A DNA stretch of 64,000 nt, from contig CBFIGY010000001.1 of the NCBI GenBank assembly GCA_965662235.1, forward strand, positions 192,001 through 256,000, written 5' to 3'. This document shows positions 1 through 9,512 of this stretch, one piece after another (position 1 is the first letter of the stretch; each line of letters opens with the position of its first letter). The notes beneath the pieces were generated by a model. It had not been told where the DNA came from. It saw nothing but the letters and a program-made list of their open reading frames with translations, and ran no database searches. Made by a program: the position numbers and the translations under genes. Source of the DNA: an uncultured bacterium (lineage in GTDB: Bacteria > SAR324 > NAC60-12).

Positions 1-1877
1 TCAACCTCTTCAACGCCAAGTACGTGCTGGCGGATCCCGAAAGCGCAACGGATAGCGACTTCTACCACATTCAGGCGGTGATCGCGCACGAGTACTTCCA
101 CAACTGGACCGGAAACCGTGTCACCTGCCGAGACTGGTTCCAGCTCAGCCTCAAGGAAGGGCTCACGGTGTTCCGGGATCAGGAGTTCAGCTCCGACCTC
201 AACAGCCGCCCTGTGAAGCGCATTGACGATGTGAACGTCCTACGCAACCACCAGTTCCCTGAAGATTCAGGGCCGATGAGCCACCCGGTCCGCCCGGACA
301 CGTACCAAGAGATCAACAACTTCTACACCGCCACCGTCTACGAAAAAGGCGCTGAGGTCATCCGGATGATGTACAACCTGCTTGGCCGAGAAGGCTTCCG
401 CAAGGGCATGGACCTCTACTTTGAGCGGCACGACGGGCAGGCGGTGACCTGTGATGACTTTGTCGCAGCCTTGGAAGCCGCCAACTCCGTGGACCTGCAG
501 CAGTTCCGACGCTGGTACTCGCAGTCCGGAACTCCTGAGCTACGTGCTTCTGGAACCTATGACGCCGACGCCCAAACCTATACCCTCACCGTTGAGCAGT
601 CGGTTCCTGACACCGTGGGCCAAAACGGATTCGGCTTTGCAGCCAAACAAGCCGCTGGCCCAGAGGCGCTTCTCAAACAGCCCTATCACTTTCCTCTCGA
701 GGTGGGCCTGCTTGGAGCCTCGGGCAACTCCCTTCCTCTGCACCTAGAAGGTTCCCTGAACGGCGTCGAAAGCGGAGTGCTCGAAGTCCGGGAGGCGCAA
801 CAGGCGTTTGTCTTCACCAATGTGCCAGAGTCGCCCATTCCTTCGTTGCTCCGGGGTTTCTCGGCTCCCATCAAGCTGCACTTCGACTACACCGACGAGC
901 AGTTGGCCTTCCTTATGGCGCACGACTCCGACCTCTTCAATCGCTGGGAGGCCGGACAGAAGCTGATGATCCGGGTTGCTCTGCAACAGGTCCAGCAGCT
1001 TCAAGAAGGAGGCTCCGTGGAACTGCCACCTGTGCTCCAAAACGCCTTTGGAAGCCTGCTTGCAGAAGCCACCACCACCGACGCGGCCCTGCTGGCTCAG
1101 GCCCTGACCTTCCCGGATGAACGGTACTTGGGAGAGCAGATGGAGGTGATTGCCGTGGACGAAATCCATCAGGTCCGGAAGGCGCTGCTGGAGCAGCTGG
1201 CCACCGCCTTCTCCGCAGAACTGTGGAAGCTCTATGGGCAGCTGCAGACCCAAGAGCCCTATCAGCCTGACGCCGAAGGCATGGGCCGCCGGGCGCTGAA
1301 GAACCGCTGCCTGTCGTACCTGACCTGCTTGGAAACCAAGGAAGCACGCCAGCAGGCCTACACGCAGTTCCGTGAAGCCACCAACATGACCGACGCCTCC
1401 GGAGCACTGGCCGCTCTCATTCATCAGCCTTGCCGAGAGCGGGAGCAGGCGCTGGCCCTCTTCTTTGAACGCTGGCAAAACGACCCGCTGGTCATCACCA
1501 AGTGGTTCACCCTGCAGGCGATGTCCACACTCCCGAGCACCTTGGAGACCGTCCGGTCCTTGCTGGCGCATCCGGCCTTTGACCTCAAGAACCCGAACAA
1601 GGCCCGCGCGCTCATTGGGGCTTTTGTGCACTCGAATCCCACCCAGTTCCACGAGGCTTCCGGGAAGGGGTACACGTTCCTGACGGAGCAGGTCATCACG
1701 CTCAACCGCCTCAACCCCACCATTGCAGCTCGGCTGGTGGGCGCCTTCAACGCCTGGAAGCGCTACGACTCCGACCGCCAGGCGCTGATGAAGGCCCAGT
1801 TGGAACAGATCAACCAATTGCCCAAACTCTCCGGAGAGGTGCAAGAGGTTGTCTCACGTGCATTGGCTCAGGCATGA
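1..1877 (+). CDS. pepN: Aminopeptidase N (M1 family zinc metallopeptidase), 5' end outside window
   Basis: Frame open from window start (NLFNAKYVLAD...). HEYFHNWTGNRVTCRDWFQLSLKEG zinc motif, NNFYTATVYEKGAE, and PepN C-terminal domain (NPNKARAL, NPTIAARL). Confidence 0.97.
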   Translation, partial: NLFNAKYVLADPESATDSDFYHIQAVIAHEYFHNWTGNRVTCRDWFQLSLKEGLTVFRDQEFSSDLNSRPVKRIDDVNVLRNHQFPEDSGPMSHPVRPDTYQEINNFYTATVYEKGAEVIRMMYNLLGREGFRKGMDLYFERHDGQAVTCDDFVAALEAANSVDLQQFRRWYSQSGTPELRASGTYDADAQTYTLTVEQSVPDTVGQNGFGFAAKQAAGPEALLKQPYHFPLEVGLLGASGNSLPLHLEGSLNGVESGVLEVREAQQAFVFTNVPESPIPSLLRGFSAPIKLHFDYTDEQLAFLMAHDSDLFNRWEAGQKLMIRVALQQVQQLQEGGSVELPPVLQNAFGSLLAEATTTDAALLAQALTFPDERYLGEQMEVIAVDEIHQVRKALLEQLATAFSAELWKLYGQLQTQEPYQPDAEGMGRRALKNRCLSYLTCLETKEARQQAYTQFREATNMTDASGALAALIHQPCREREQALALFFERWQNDPLVITKWFTLQAMSTLPSTLETVRSLLAHPAFDLKNPNKARALIGAFVHSNPTQFHEASGKGYTFLTEQVITLNRLNPTIAARLVGAFNAWKRYDSDRQALMKAQLEQINQLPKLSGEVQEVVSRALAQA

Positions 1878-2263
1878 AGGCCCTGCTGACGGGGGTGGTA
1901 CTGCTCGTCTCACTGAGCAGTGCTGCCGCAGAGGTTCGCTTCACCCTGCAGAAGGGACGGCTGCCGCAGGGGCCCATGGAGGACTTCTCCGGTCGTGTTC
2001 CAGCCGAGGCCGGAGACCTGGGCTTTGTGCAGGTGGGAGACTTTGGGTGTGAGCTGGAACGCCTGACGGAGCTGTATGAGGAAGTCATCTGGGTTCACCA
2101 GGTCCGGGTTCAGTGTACCCTTCCGGTGGCCCCTGACCACGCAATTGGCTTCGGCGTTGTCTGCAACACCGGTTCCGACAACCGAGACAAGGCCCACCTC
2201 ACCCTCCGGAATGCTGAGGAAGAGTGGCTCCTGAACCTCCGGTGCGAGAATCAGGAATCCTGA
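1874..2263 (+). CDS. Small secreted hypothetical protein
   Basis: ATGA overlap with pepN stop; signal peptide MKALLTGVVLLVSLSSAAA; four Cys. Confidence 0.7.
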   Translation: MKALLTGVVLLVSLSSAAAEVRFTLQKGRLPQGPMEDFSGRVPAEAGDLGFVQVGDFGCELERLTELYEEVIWVHQVRVQCTLPVAPDHAIGFGVVCNTGSDNRDKAHLTLRNAEEEWLLNLRCENQES

Positions 2264-2341
2264 CCCCGTCAACTTGGCTTGCACGTTTCCCTCGTCTCCG
2301 GGAAGATCGCCCAGAATGATTCCCGTCCTGAAGAAAGACTG

Positions 2342-2827
2342 ATGCGAGACCTGACGTTACGCGAACAGATTCTAATCGGCATCATGCTGGCCCTGATGGT
2401 GGGGCTGGCGGGCACCTGGCTCAACCAGCGGGTTCTGCGCGAGCAGGACCGCTTGGAGACGCAGCTGGCTTCACGCAAGCAGCAGCTCAATGAGATCCGG
2501 CAGCTGAGTGACGAGTGGCGTGCGCTCCAGCAAGAACCCACGGCGCCGCTGATGAAGCAGCCCCTCAGTTCCTTTGTCGAAGGCATCGCCCGCGACATTC
2601 AGGTGCAGGACCACCTGCAGATCAACGCCCTCAGCAACCCTCCGGAAGGCACCGAAGGCGTTCAGGTGTTGCTCGATCGGCTGCAGCTGGATGACCTGAT
2701 GGACGTCCTCTATCGACTGGAAAACAACCGCCCTGTGCTGCGGCTCTCTCAGCTCGACCTCAGTGTTGCCCCCGGAAGCCGTTTGGTCCGCGCGTCGTTT
2801 CAGGTGCACAAGCCATCCGGAAGCTAA
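2342..2827 (+). CDS. Type II secretion system GspM-like protein
   Basis: Likely start ATG 2342 (MRDLTLREQILIG). N-terminal TM, coiled coil, then ferredoxin-like C-terminus (GVQVLLDRLQLDDLMDVLYRLE); precedes a GspN-like gene. Confidence 0.65.
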   Translation: MRDLTLREQILIGIMLALMVGLAGTWLNQRVLREQDRLETQLASRKQQLNEIRQLSDEWRALQQEPTAPLMKQPLSSFVEGIARDIQVQDHLQINALSNPPEGTEGVQVLLDRLQLDDLMDVLYRLENNRPVLRLSQLDLSVAPGSRLVRASFQVHKPSGS

Positions 2828-2853
2828 GTGGCTTCTTTTTTTGCAAGGTCCCC

Positions 2854-3753
2854 ATGCGCTGGCTGAAGCGTCTCCTCATCACCCTCCTGATCCTGGTGCT
2901 GCTGCCCGCGGCTGCCTTCTGGGGCCTCAAGCAGAACTTCCCAGGAGAGAACCTGGCGCAGGTGCTGGAAGCGCAGGCGCTGAGTCAGGCGCAGGTGCCA
3001 CTAAAGGTCGCCCCCCTGCAACTGGGGTGGACCCAGCTGGAGCTTCCGGAGGTGGCCATGCTTCCCCCGGCCACGTGGCAACGGGCTCCTCAGGTGAAGC
3101 TGCTGGTGCTCAATCAACTCCGGGCGCCCTTCCTGCCACTGCTGTCACGTGACGCGCTTTTGGAGGGAGATATGCATGGCGGATCCGTGGAGCTGCGAGC
3201 CTCCGGGCTACCACAACCGTACCAGGTTCAGGCCCAGGTGAAGGACGTGCAGCTCAACCGAGTCCCGCTGGTGGCCCTCTTTCCCTACGGAACCATCTCC
3301 GGCCGGACCTCTGCCGAGCTGGAGATCCGCAACGCCACGGAGTTGCTCAACCGGCAGGCGGCGTTGCCCGTCGGTGATCTGAAAGGCGATATCCAAAACC
3401 TTAGGCTCCGGCTATCTGGGCTGGACCTGATTCTCCCGGGCATGGTGGTTCCGGACCTGGTCTGGCCGTTGATTCGGTACGACGTGACCCTGGGAGACCA
3501 AGTGGTGCTCAATGAACTGACGCTGCAGGGAAGCGTCAACGGCACCGTCACGGGCACCATTCGCCCCAACGTCCAAAAACCGGTGGAGTCCCAGATCGAC
3601 CTTCGGGCCCAGATCACTCTTCCGGCAGAGATTCTGCAATCCTTGGGGCCGCTCGCGCTGATGCTGCGGCCTTATCAGTGTGGAGTGGAGCTCCGGGTCC
3701 GCCTGCAAGGCACCCCGGCTCGCCCCATCACTCGACCCGGAGCTTGCTCATGA
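2854..3753 (+). CDS. Type II secretion system GspN-like protein (delta type)
   Basis: N-terminal anchor followed by FP, beta-rich body, ends ...VRLQGTPARP as in deltaproteobacterial GspN; adjacent to GspM-like gene. Confidence 0.6.
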   Translation: MRWLKRLLITLLILVLLPAAAFWGLKQNFPGENLAQVLEAQALSQAQVPLKVAPLQLGWTQLELPEVAMLPPATWQRAPQVKLLVLNQLRAPFLPLLSRDALLEGDMHGGSVELRASGLPQPYQVQAQVKDVQLNRVPLVALFPYGTISGRTSAELEIRNATELLNRQAALPVGDLKGDIQNLRLRLSGLDLILPGMVVPDLVWPLIRYDVTLGDQVVLNELTLQGSVNGTVTGTIRPNVQKPVESQIDLRAQITLPAEILQSLGPLALMLRPYQCGVELRVRLQGTPARPITRPGACS

Positions 3754-4814
3754 ACTGGAAACACTGGATCCTCATCGGCTTCGCGGTGGTCCTCACCGGA
3801 ACCGGACTGACCAGCGGCTACGTGTGGCACCTTTACCACAGCCCAGCCAGCACCGTCTACAGTGAAGAACCCGCCCGCATCCTGGTCCCTCGAGGCACCG
3901 TCTTCTCAGAAGTCACCGCCCAGCTCCGGGACCAGCAGATGCTCGCGCACCCCCAGCTCTACAGCTTTCTTGCCAACTGGATGAAGGCCCCGGTGCGGCT
4001 GCAGATTGGTGAATTTGAGCTGGCCCGGACCATGACCACAGCAGAGGTCCTGGAGCACCTCATCACCGGACGCGGCATCCTCCGTCGCGTCACCATTCCA
4101 GAAGGGAAGACCTTCCGGGAAATTGCCCAACGCCTTGGGTCTGCGGGCCTAGGAGAAAGCTCACGCTTCCTCGAGCTGGACTCCGATCCGGACCTGCTGG
4201 CCCAGACGGGCCTTTCAGACGTCACCTCGCTGGAGGGCTTCCTGTTCCCGGAAACCTACTTCTTTTCCAAGGCTCAGAGTCCTCGGGAAATCCTTGGGGT
4301 GATGATCAACCACTACCGGAGCGTCGTCACTGAGTCTATGCGGGAGCGGGCCCAGGAGCTGGGGCTGAATGAGTACCAGCTGCTCACCCTGGCTTCCATT
4401 GTCGAGAAGGAAACCGCCAATCCCCGGGACCGGGACAAGATTGCAGCGGTCTTCCACAACCGGCTCCGCAAGCGCATGCGACTCGACAGCGATCCCACTG
4501 TGATCTACGGCATTCCGGACTTCAACGGGAACCTCACCCGCAAGGACCTCCGGCAGGATCACCCGCACAACACCTACACCAACTACGGGCTGCCCCCCAC
4601 CCCCATCAGCAACCCCGGACTGGACGCGATCATGGCGGCTCTCTATCCGGCAGACGTTGACTACCTCTACTTTGTGGCTCGGGGTGACGGAACCAGTCAC
4701 TTCTCTCAGACCCTCCGGGAGCACAATCGTGCAGTGGCGTATTATCAGAAGAACCGGCGCAACCGGCAGCTGATGCGCGCCAACAAGCTCAAGCCCCTCA
4801 ACCAAGACACCTGA
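3750..4814 (+). CDS. mltG: Endolytic murein transglycosylase MltG (YceG)
   Basis: Start ATG 3750 overlaps upstream stop. Motifs VTIPEG, LEGFLFPETY, LASIVEKET, DPTVIY, GLPPTPISNPG, YLYFV. Confidence 0.95.
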   Translation: MNWKHWILIGFAVVLTGTGLTSGYVWHLYHSPASTVYSEEPARILVPRGTVFSEVTAQLRDQQMLAHPQLYSFLANWMKAPVRLQIGEFELARTMTTAEVLEHLITGRGILRRVTIPEGKTFREIAQRLGSAGLGESSRFLELDSDPDLLAQTGLSDVTSLEGFLFPETYFFSKAQSPREILGVMINHYRSVVTESMRERAQELGLNEYQLLTLASIVEKETANPRDRDKIAAVFHNRLRKRMRLDSDPTVIYGIPDFNGNLTRKDLRQDHPHNTYTNYGLPPTPISNPGLDAIMAALYPADVDYLYFVARGDGTSHFSQTLREHNRAVAYYQKNRRNRQLMRANKLKPLNQDT

Positions 4815-4843
4815 TTCCTCAACCGCTTTTCCAAGGAGCGAAC

Positions 4844-5572
4844 ATGGGCCTCGACAAACAGAGCCTCGTTTATGAAGCCGGATCCACTCTCATGCACAGC
4901 TACCTCGTCCACAGCGACACGTGGTCAGAGCCGGCGCCTGCTGTACTCGTCTTCCCCGAGTGGTGGGGCCTGAACGACTACATCCGCTCCCGAGCGAACC
5001 AGATGGCAGAACTGGGGTATGTGGCCATGGCGGTTGACATGTATGGCGATGGACAAACTGTGGATCATCCGGAACAGGCAGCGGCTCTCATGAACGGCGT
5101 CCTCAATGATCCGGACGCCCTGGAGGACCGCCTGGAGCAAGCCTTTATCACCCTCGCCAACCATCCGGCAGTGGACCCCAACCGGATTGGGGCCATGGGT
5201 TACTGCTTCGGTGGCGCGCTGGCGCTCAACCTGGCACGGTTCGGCACACCGCTCAAGGCGGTCACCAGCTTCCACGGAGCCCTAGATTCGGCTCACACGC
5301 CAGAGCCCGGAAGCGTTCAGACGAAGATTCTCGTCTGCCACGGGGCGGCTGATCCGTTTGTCGGAGAAGAATCCGTTGCCGCTTTCAAGGCCGAGATGGA
5401 AACCGCCCAGATTGATTACGAGTTCATTGCTTACGAGGGCGTGCTGCACGGCTTCACCAATCCAGCGGCCACGGAGCGAGGAGAAAAATTCGGACTCCCG
5501 CTCAAGTATGATGCCGAAGCAGATCAGGCTTCTTGGCAGGCCATGCAGGCCCACTTCTCAAAGCACCTGTAA
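4844..5572 (+). CDS. Dienelactone hydrolase family protein
   Basis: PEWWGLN, GYCFGG nucleophile motif, HGFTNP; RBS AAGGAG upstream. Confidence 0.92.
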   Translation: MGLDKQSLVYEAGSTLMHSYLVHSDTWSEPAPAVLVFPEWWGLNDYIRSRANQMAELGYVAMAVDMYGDGQTVDHPEQAAALMNGVLNDPDALEDRLEQAFITLANHPAVDPNRIGAMGYCFGGALALNLARFGTPLKAVTSFHGALDSAHTPEPGSVQTKILVCHGAADPFVGEESVAAFKAEMETAQIDYEFIAYEGVLHGFTNPAATERGEKFGLPLKYDAEADQASWQAMQAHFSKHL

Positions 5573-5578
5573 CCCAAC

Positions 5579-6433
5579 TCAGGGCAGGCGTTCAAAGAGC
5601 ACATTCCGGAACTGGATGGTCCACTGAAAGACACTGCTGTTGCAGGCATTCGGATAGGTTGCCATTGACTCGGTCGTCAGGGTCCAGGTCAGGTCGGCTC
5701 CCCAATCCGGATGCGGCAGCTCCAGAATCGGAATGGTGCTCAGGTCGAACACCTCACCGTCCAGACTGAGAGACACGTATCGGCGGGCCTCCAGGTCGGC
5801 CACCAGCTCGAGGGTGTGCCACTCCAGATCCGGCTGCAGAAACGCCTCCGTTGACTCCAGCTGAAGGTTCGCCGGAGGCTCTGCAGACGTGTACACCCGA
5901 AACCGCCCAAAATCAGATCCCCACGGATTCAGGTCCCAGTAGATGGCCGCCTCCAGCGATTGCTTCTCCGTGTTGTCCCACACCTCATTGCGCCCATCCC
6001 AAAACTGAATCATCTGGTGCATGGCATCGCCGTTCTGGGTCTGGTTGGCATCCGGACGGGGAATTTCCTTGAGGCGGAACTGGTACGTGTACCGGTAGGT
6101 CCCCAAGGCAAAGGGGTGCTCGTCTGAGAAACGATCCACAAACTGCTTCCCGCCAATCGCATTGACGTACAGCGATCGTCCACGGACGTTGCTGGTGACC
6201 TCGCCGTATGCTTCAAACGACTCAATCCTCACATCGTCCTCTGAGCAGTCACACGCCAGGGTGCCTCCGGGGTTGCACTCAGGAAAGACGGAGTGCCCAG
6301 CCAGATTGATTGACCGATAGATCTCAGTCGCTGAGACCGATTCCGCCTCTTCCGGAGAGGTGCTGCAGGCCAACACCAGATGGAGGCTTCCCAGCAGAAG
6401 CAGGCGTAGCAGAGGCTTCTGCAGCAGGTGCAT
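5579..6433 (-). CDS. Hypothetical lipoprotein, possible beta-sandwich (concanavalin/polysaccharide-lyase-like) fold
   Basis: Lipobox-like VLAC after a hydrophobic stretch; Trp-rich beta strands (WHTLELVADL, YVSLSLDG). Fold is inference. Confidence 0.6.
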   Translation of the reverse strand: MHLLQKPLLRLLLLGSLHLVLACSTSPEEAESVSATEIYRSINLAGHSVFPECNPGGTLACDCSEDDVRIESFEAYGEVTSNVRGRSLYVNAIGGKQFVDRFSDEHPFALGTYRYTYQFRLKEIPRPDANQTQNGDAMHQMIQFWDGRNEVWDNTEKQSLEAAIYWDLNPWGSDFGRFRVYTSAEPPANLQLESTEAFLQPDLEWHTLELVADLEARRYVSLSLDGEVFDLSTIPILELPHPDWGADLTWTLTTESMATYPNACNSSVFQWTIQFRNVLFERLP

Positions 6434-6463
6434 GAATGGGTGTTTTGAAGGGAAAGAAGGGAG

Positions 6464-6484
6464 GACCCCAGAGAAACTGGGGTC
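6464..6484 (-). terminator. Possible stem-loop/terminator downstream of the phasin-like gene
   Basis: Perfect 8-bp inverted repeat GACCCCAG-agaaa-CTGGGGTC, followed on the minus strand by a pyrimidine tract rather than a clean poly-U. Confidence 0.45.
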
Positions 6485-6493
6485 GGCAGAGGA

Positions 6494-6778
6494 TTAGGAC
6501 TTCGGAGTCATTTGCTCAATGTTTCTCATCCACTCTTCCGTCATCTTGCGCATTTCCGACATCATCTGATGGGTATTGCGGAACATCTCATCGACCATGT
6601 TGAGGTGGACTTCCTTGATGCCCTTGACGGTGGACCCCATGGGGGTGTGCTCAATGGCAGAGTAGGCCGATTCCAGGGCCTGGCGCTGAAAGGACTCGAT
6701 CTCTTCCAGATTCTTCTGGTACTGGTCCGCCCAGCTTTGGAAGGACTGCTTCATGGTATCCATTGGGGTATTGCTCAT
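6494..6778 (-). CDS. Small amphipathic helical protein, phasin-like
   Basis: Start MSNTPMD at 6778 with AAGG RBS; about 94 aa, all-helical, Met/Gln/Glu-rich. Phasin assignment is inference. Confidence 0.55.
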   Translation of the reverse strand: MSNTPMDTMKQSFQSWADQYQKNLEEIESFQRQALESAYSAIEHTPMGSTVKGIKEVHLNMVDEMFRNTHQMMSEMRKMTEEWMRNIEQMTPKS

Positions 6779-6889
6779 TTTACCTTTTACGGAAAGTGGA
6801 CAGGAGCGGGACAAACAACGAACCCGGCACTACACTTATCGGAGCTCCGCACAAAACGCAAGGAGCGATCCCCCGGATACCTCAGGGTT

Positions 6890-9190
6890 TCAGTGATTTA
6901 GCGCAGCCCAAACGCGTTGAGGCGTGAGCGGCATCTCCAGATGCGTCACTCCCTGCTCCTGCAAGGCGTCCAGCACGGCGTTCACAATGGCCGGAGTGGC
7001 CCCCACCGTTCCCAGCTCTCCCACCCCCTTGGCGCCCAACGGATTGGTTTCACAGGGAACACCGGGGTACAGCTCCGTTTGCAGCGAGGGCAGGTCATCG
7101 GCCCGTGGCAGGGCGTAATCCAGAAAGGTCGAGTTGACAAACTGTCCGGACTCGTCATAAACCGCATCTTCCAGCAGCGCTTGGCCCAGCGCCTGAGCCA
7201 TGCCGCCGTGCACCTGTCCCGCAATGATCATGGGATTGATCGCGTTGCCGACATCATCCACGGCCACTAGGCTCTGCAGCTGAACGCCTCCTGTTTCCGG
7301 ATCCACTTCCACCTCGGCAACCTGAGCCCCATTCGGCCAGCTGGGAACCGGGATCTTCGTGCTGGAAGCTGCAGAAATCTTCTGGCCGGGTTGCTGTTCC
7401 GCCAGCTCCAGCAGCCCCACGCCAATGTCGGTCCCAGTGACCGTGAACCGTCCGTCGGCATAAAGCAGGTCTTCCGGAGCCGCCTCTAGCGACTCAGCGG
7501 CCAGACGCCGTGCCTGCTCCAGGAAGACGGCGGCCCCTTCTTTGACGGCCGACCCGCCAATGTACAGGGATCGGGACGCATAGCTGCCCATGCCCTGAAC
7601 GCGGTCGGTGTCGCCCTGCACCACCTGCAGTTGATCCACAGGCAGATCCAGTGCCTCCGAAAGCAGCTGCAGGTACGTTGTCGCAATGCCCTGCCCCATG
7701 GCTTGGGTTCCTGAGAAACAGGTGACGCCTTCGGCTGTCGCTTCCAAGGTGACTTCTTCCTTCCACTCTGCACCAGTCCACTCGATGTAGCACGACAGTC
7801 CTCGGCCCCGGAGCTTCCCCGCCGCTTGAGACTGAGCCTGCCGAGTGGCAAAGCCCTGCCAGTCTGCTGCTTCCAAACAGCGATCCAGCACCTCTCCAAA
7901 CTTTCCGCTGTCGTAGACTTCCTGCATGGGCGTCGTGTAAGGGAAGGCCTGGGGCGCAATGAAGTTCCGGCGCCGCATCTCAACAGGGTCAATGCCCATC
8001 TCACGGGCTGCTTGATCAATGAGTCGCTCCATCAGGTAGATGGACTCCGGACGGCCGGCGCCGCGGTACGCTCCCAGCGGAGCAGTGTTGGAAGAATAAG
8101 CGGTGGCCTGCAGGTGAAACGCGGGAACGTGGTAGAGCGACGTGGCCACCTTGGGTCCTACTACCAACGGAATTGCCACTCCTGCGCCCGTTGGGTAAGC
8201 CCCCAGGCTCCCCTTGGTGTCAATCCGGAGTCCGAGGATCCGTCCGTCTGAGGCGCAAGCCAGCTCAGCGTGGCTGATCTGATCACGCCCGTGCACCGTG
8301 GCCACAAACTCCTCGCTCCGGGTTGCTCGCCAGCGGACCGACCGCTTCAGCTTGCCGGCTGCGTAAGCCACAATCACATCTTCCGGATAGAGCGCGGACT
8401 TGATGCCAAATCCGCCACCGACGTCTTCAATGACCACCCGCAGCGTTTCCTTGGGAACAGCCAACGTCGCAGCCAACCCACCAAGGAGGCCATGGGCGTT
8501 CTGGTGCCCAAGCCGCAGCGTCCGGCGTCCGGATGCCGCCTCATACTCGCACAGCACGGTCCGGGGCTCCAGCGCGTTTCCAACCAGCCGGTTGTTCCGT
8601 ACCTGCAGCTTGCAGACATGTGCTGCTTCTGCAAAAGCCTGTGCCACAGCGTCCGCGTCGCCAAACGCCTTGAAGGCCACCGCATTGCTGGAAAAGCCCT
8701 CCCAAACCACAGGGGCCTCTGCCGCCACGGCCTGCTCCAGTGAGCCAGCCACGGGAAGCTCCTCATAGTCCACCTCAATCAGACTGGCTGCATCCACCGC
8801 CTGCGCCTGCGTCTCAGCCACCACGGCCGCCACGACTTCGCCGACGTGCCGTACAACCCCGTCTGCAATGGCAAAACGGTCGGGGTGCACCATTGGCTCA
8901 CCATCCGGACGTGTGAAGCCCTTTACCGCAGGAAAGGCCTGCACGCCATCTGCCGCAAGGTCCTGCGCGGTGTACACGGCCACCACTCCGGGACTCTGAC
9001 GCGCAGCCTCTAGGTCGAGTGAAGTGACCCGAGCGTGGGCCATGTAGGAACGAACCAGATGAACATGAAGCTCTCCTGCCGTTACACGATTATCCGTAAA
9101 TTTACCTTTTCCCGTAATCAGGCGGTCATCTTCAACACGACGGAGGGAATCTCCTGCTCGCGACTTTCCACGGGTCACGGCTTCAGTCAT
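6890..9190 (-). CDS. Molybdenum hydroxylase large subunit (xanthine dehydrogenase/CoxL-like, form II type)
   Basis: RRVEDDRLITGKGKF, GGGFGIK, AYRGAGRPE, MGQG, GQVHGG, GAKGVGE motifs. Confidence 0.93.
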   Translation of the reverse strand: MTEAVTRGKSRAGDSLRRVEDDRLITGKGKFTDNRVTAGELHVHLVRSYMAHARVTSLDLEAARQSPGVVAVYTAQDLAADGVQAFPAVKGFTRPDGEPMVHPDRFAIADGVVRHVGEVVAAVVAETQAQAVDAASLIEVDYEELPVAGSLEQAVAAEAPVVWEGFSSNAVAFKAFGDADAVAQAFAEAAHVCKLQVRNNRLVGNALEPRTVLCEYEAASGRRTLRLGHQNAHGLLGGLAATLAVPKETLRVVIEDVGGGFGIKSALYPEDVIVAYAAGKLKRSVRWRATRSEEFVATVHGRDQISHAELACASDGRILGLRIDTKGSLGAYPTGAGVAIPLVVGPKVATSLYHVPAFHLQATAYSSNTAPLGAYRGAGRPESIYLMERLIDQAAREMGIDPVEMRRRNFIAPQAFPYTTPMQEVYDSGKFGEVLDRCLEAADWQGFATRQAQSQAAGKLRGRGLSCYIEWTGAEWKEEVTLEATAEGVTCFSGTQAMGQGIATTYLQLLSEALDLPVDQLQVVQGDTDRVQGMGSYASRSLYIGGSAVKEGAAVFLEQARRLAAESLEAAPEDLLYADGRFTVTGTDIGVGLLELAEQQPGQKISAASSTKIPVPSWPNGAQVAEVEVDPETGGVQLQSLVAVDDVGNAINPMIIAGQVHGGMAQALGQALLEDAVYDESGQFVNSTFLDYALPRADDLPSLQTELYPGVPCETNPLGAKGVGELGTVGATPAIVNAVLDALQEQGVTHLEMPLTPQRVWAALNH

Positions 9191-9512
9191 GAGTCTCCAT
9201 GAGGTACAAATTGGGTCAATCAGCGCTACTCAACGTATAGAAAGGAACTTCAGCACCTTAGCCAGCCCAAGAGGGCAAGTCAACTCACAGCTTACCGGTG
9301 ACCTTGGCCCCTGCCACTGCTCTTCCGGACGTAGCTCTCGGCGCCCAGACGGTTCCTGGCCAAGAGCCTCTGGAAAAAATCAATCAATTTGAGCAGGTTA
9401 CCCATCGGTTGCATTCGACCTCATTTCGAGGATTCCCGCTTTACTTCCCTTCTGGGTCAGGTAAGCTTTCCCTTCCGTCACCCTGATTTTTACCAGTCAT
9501 GAGGAAAACCTG

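Noticed and set aside
9191..9512. Possible Moco riboswitch or ModE box upstream of the molybdoenzyme gene (also checked upstream of modA)
   Set aside because: No convincing conserved stems or ModE consensus by eye; an Rfam covariance search would be needed.
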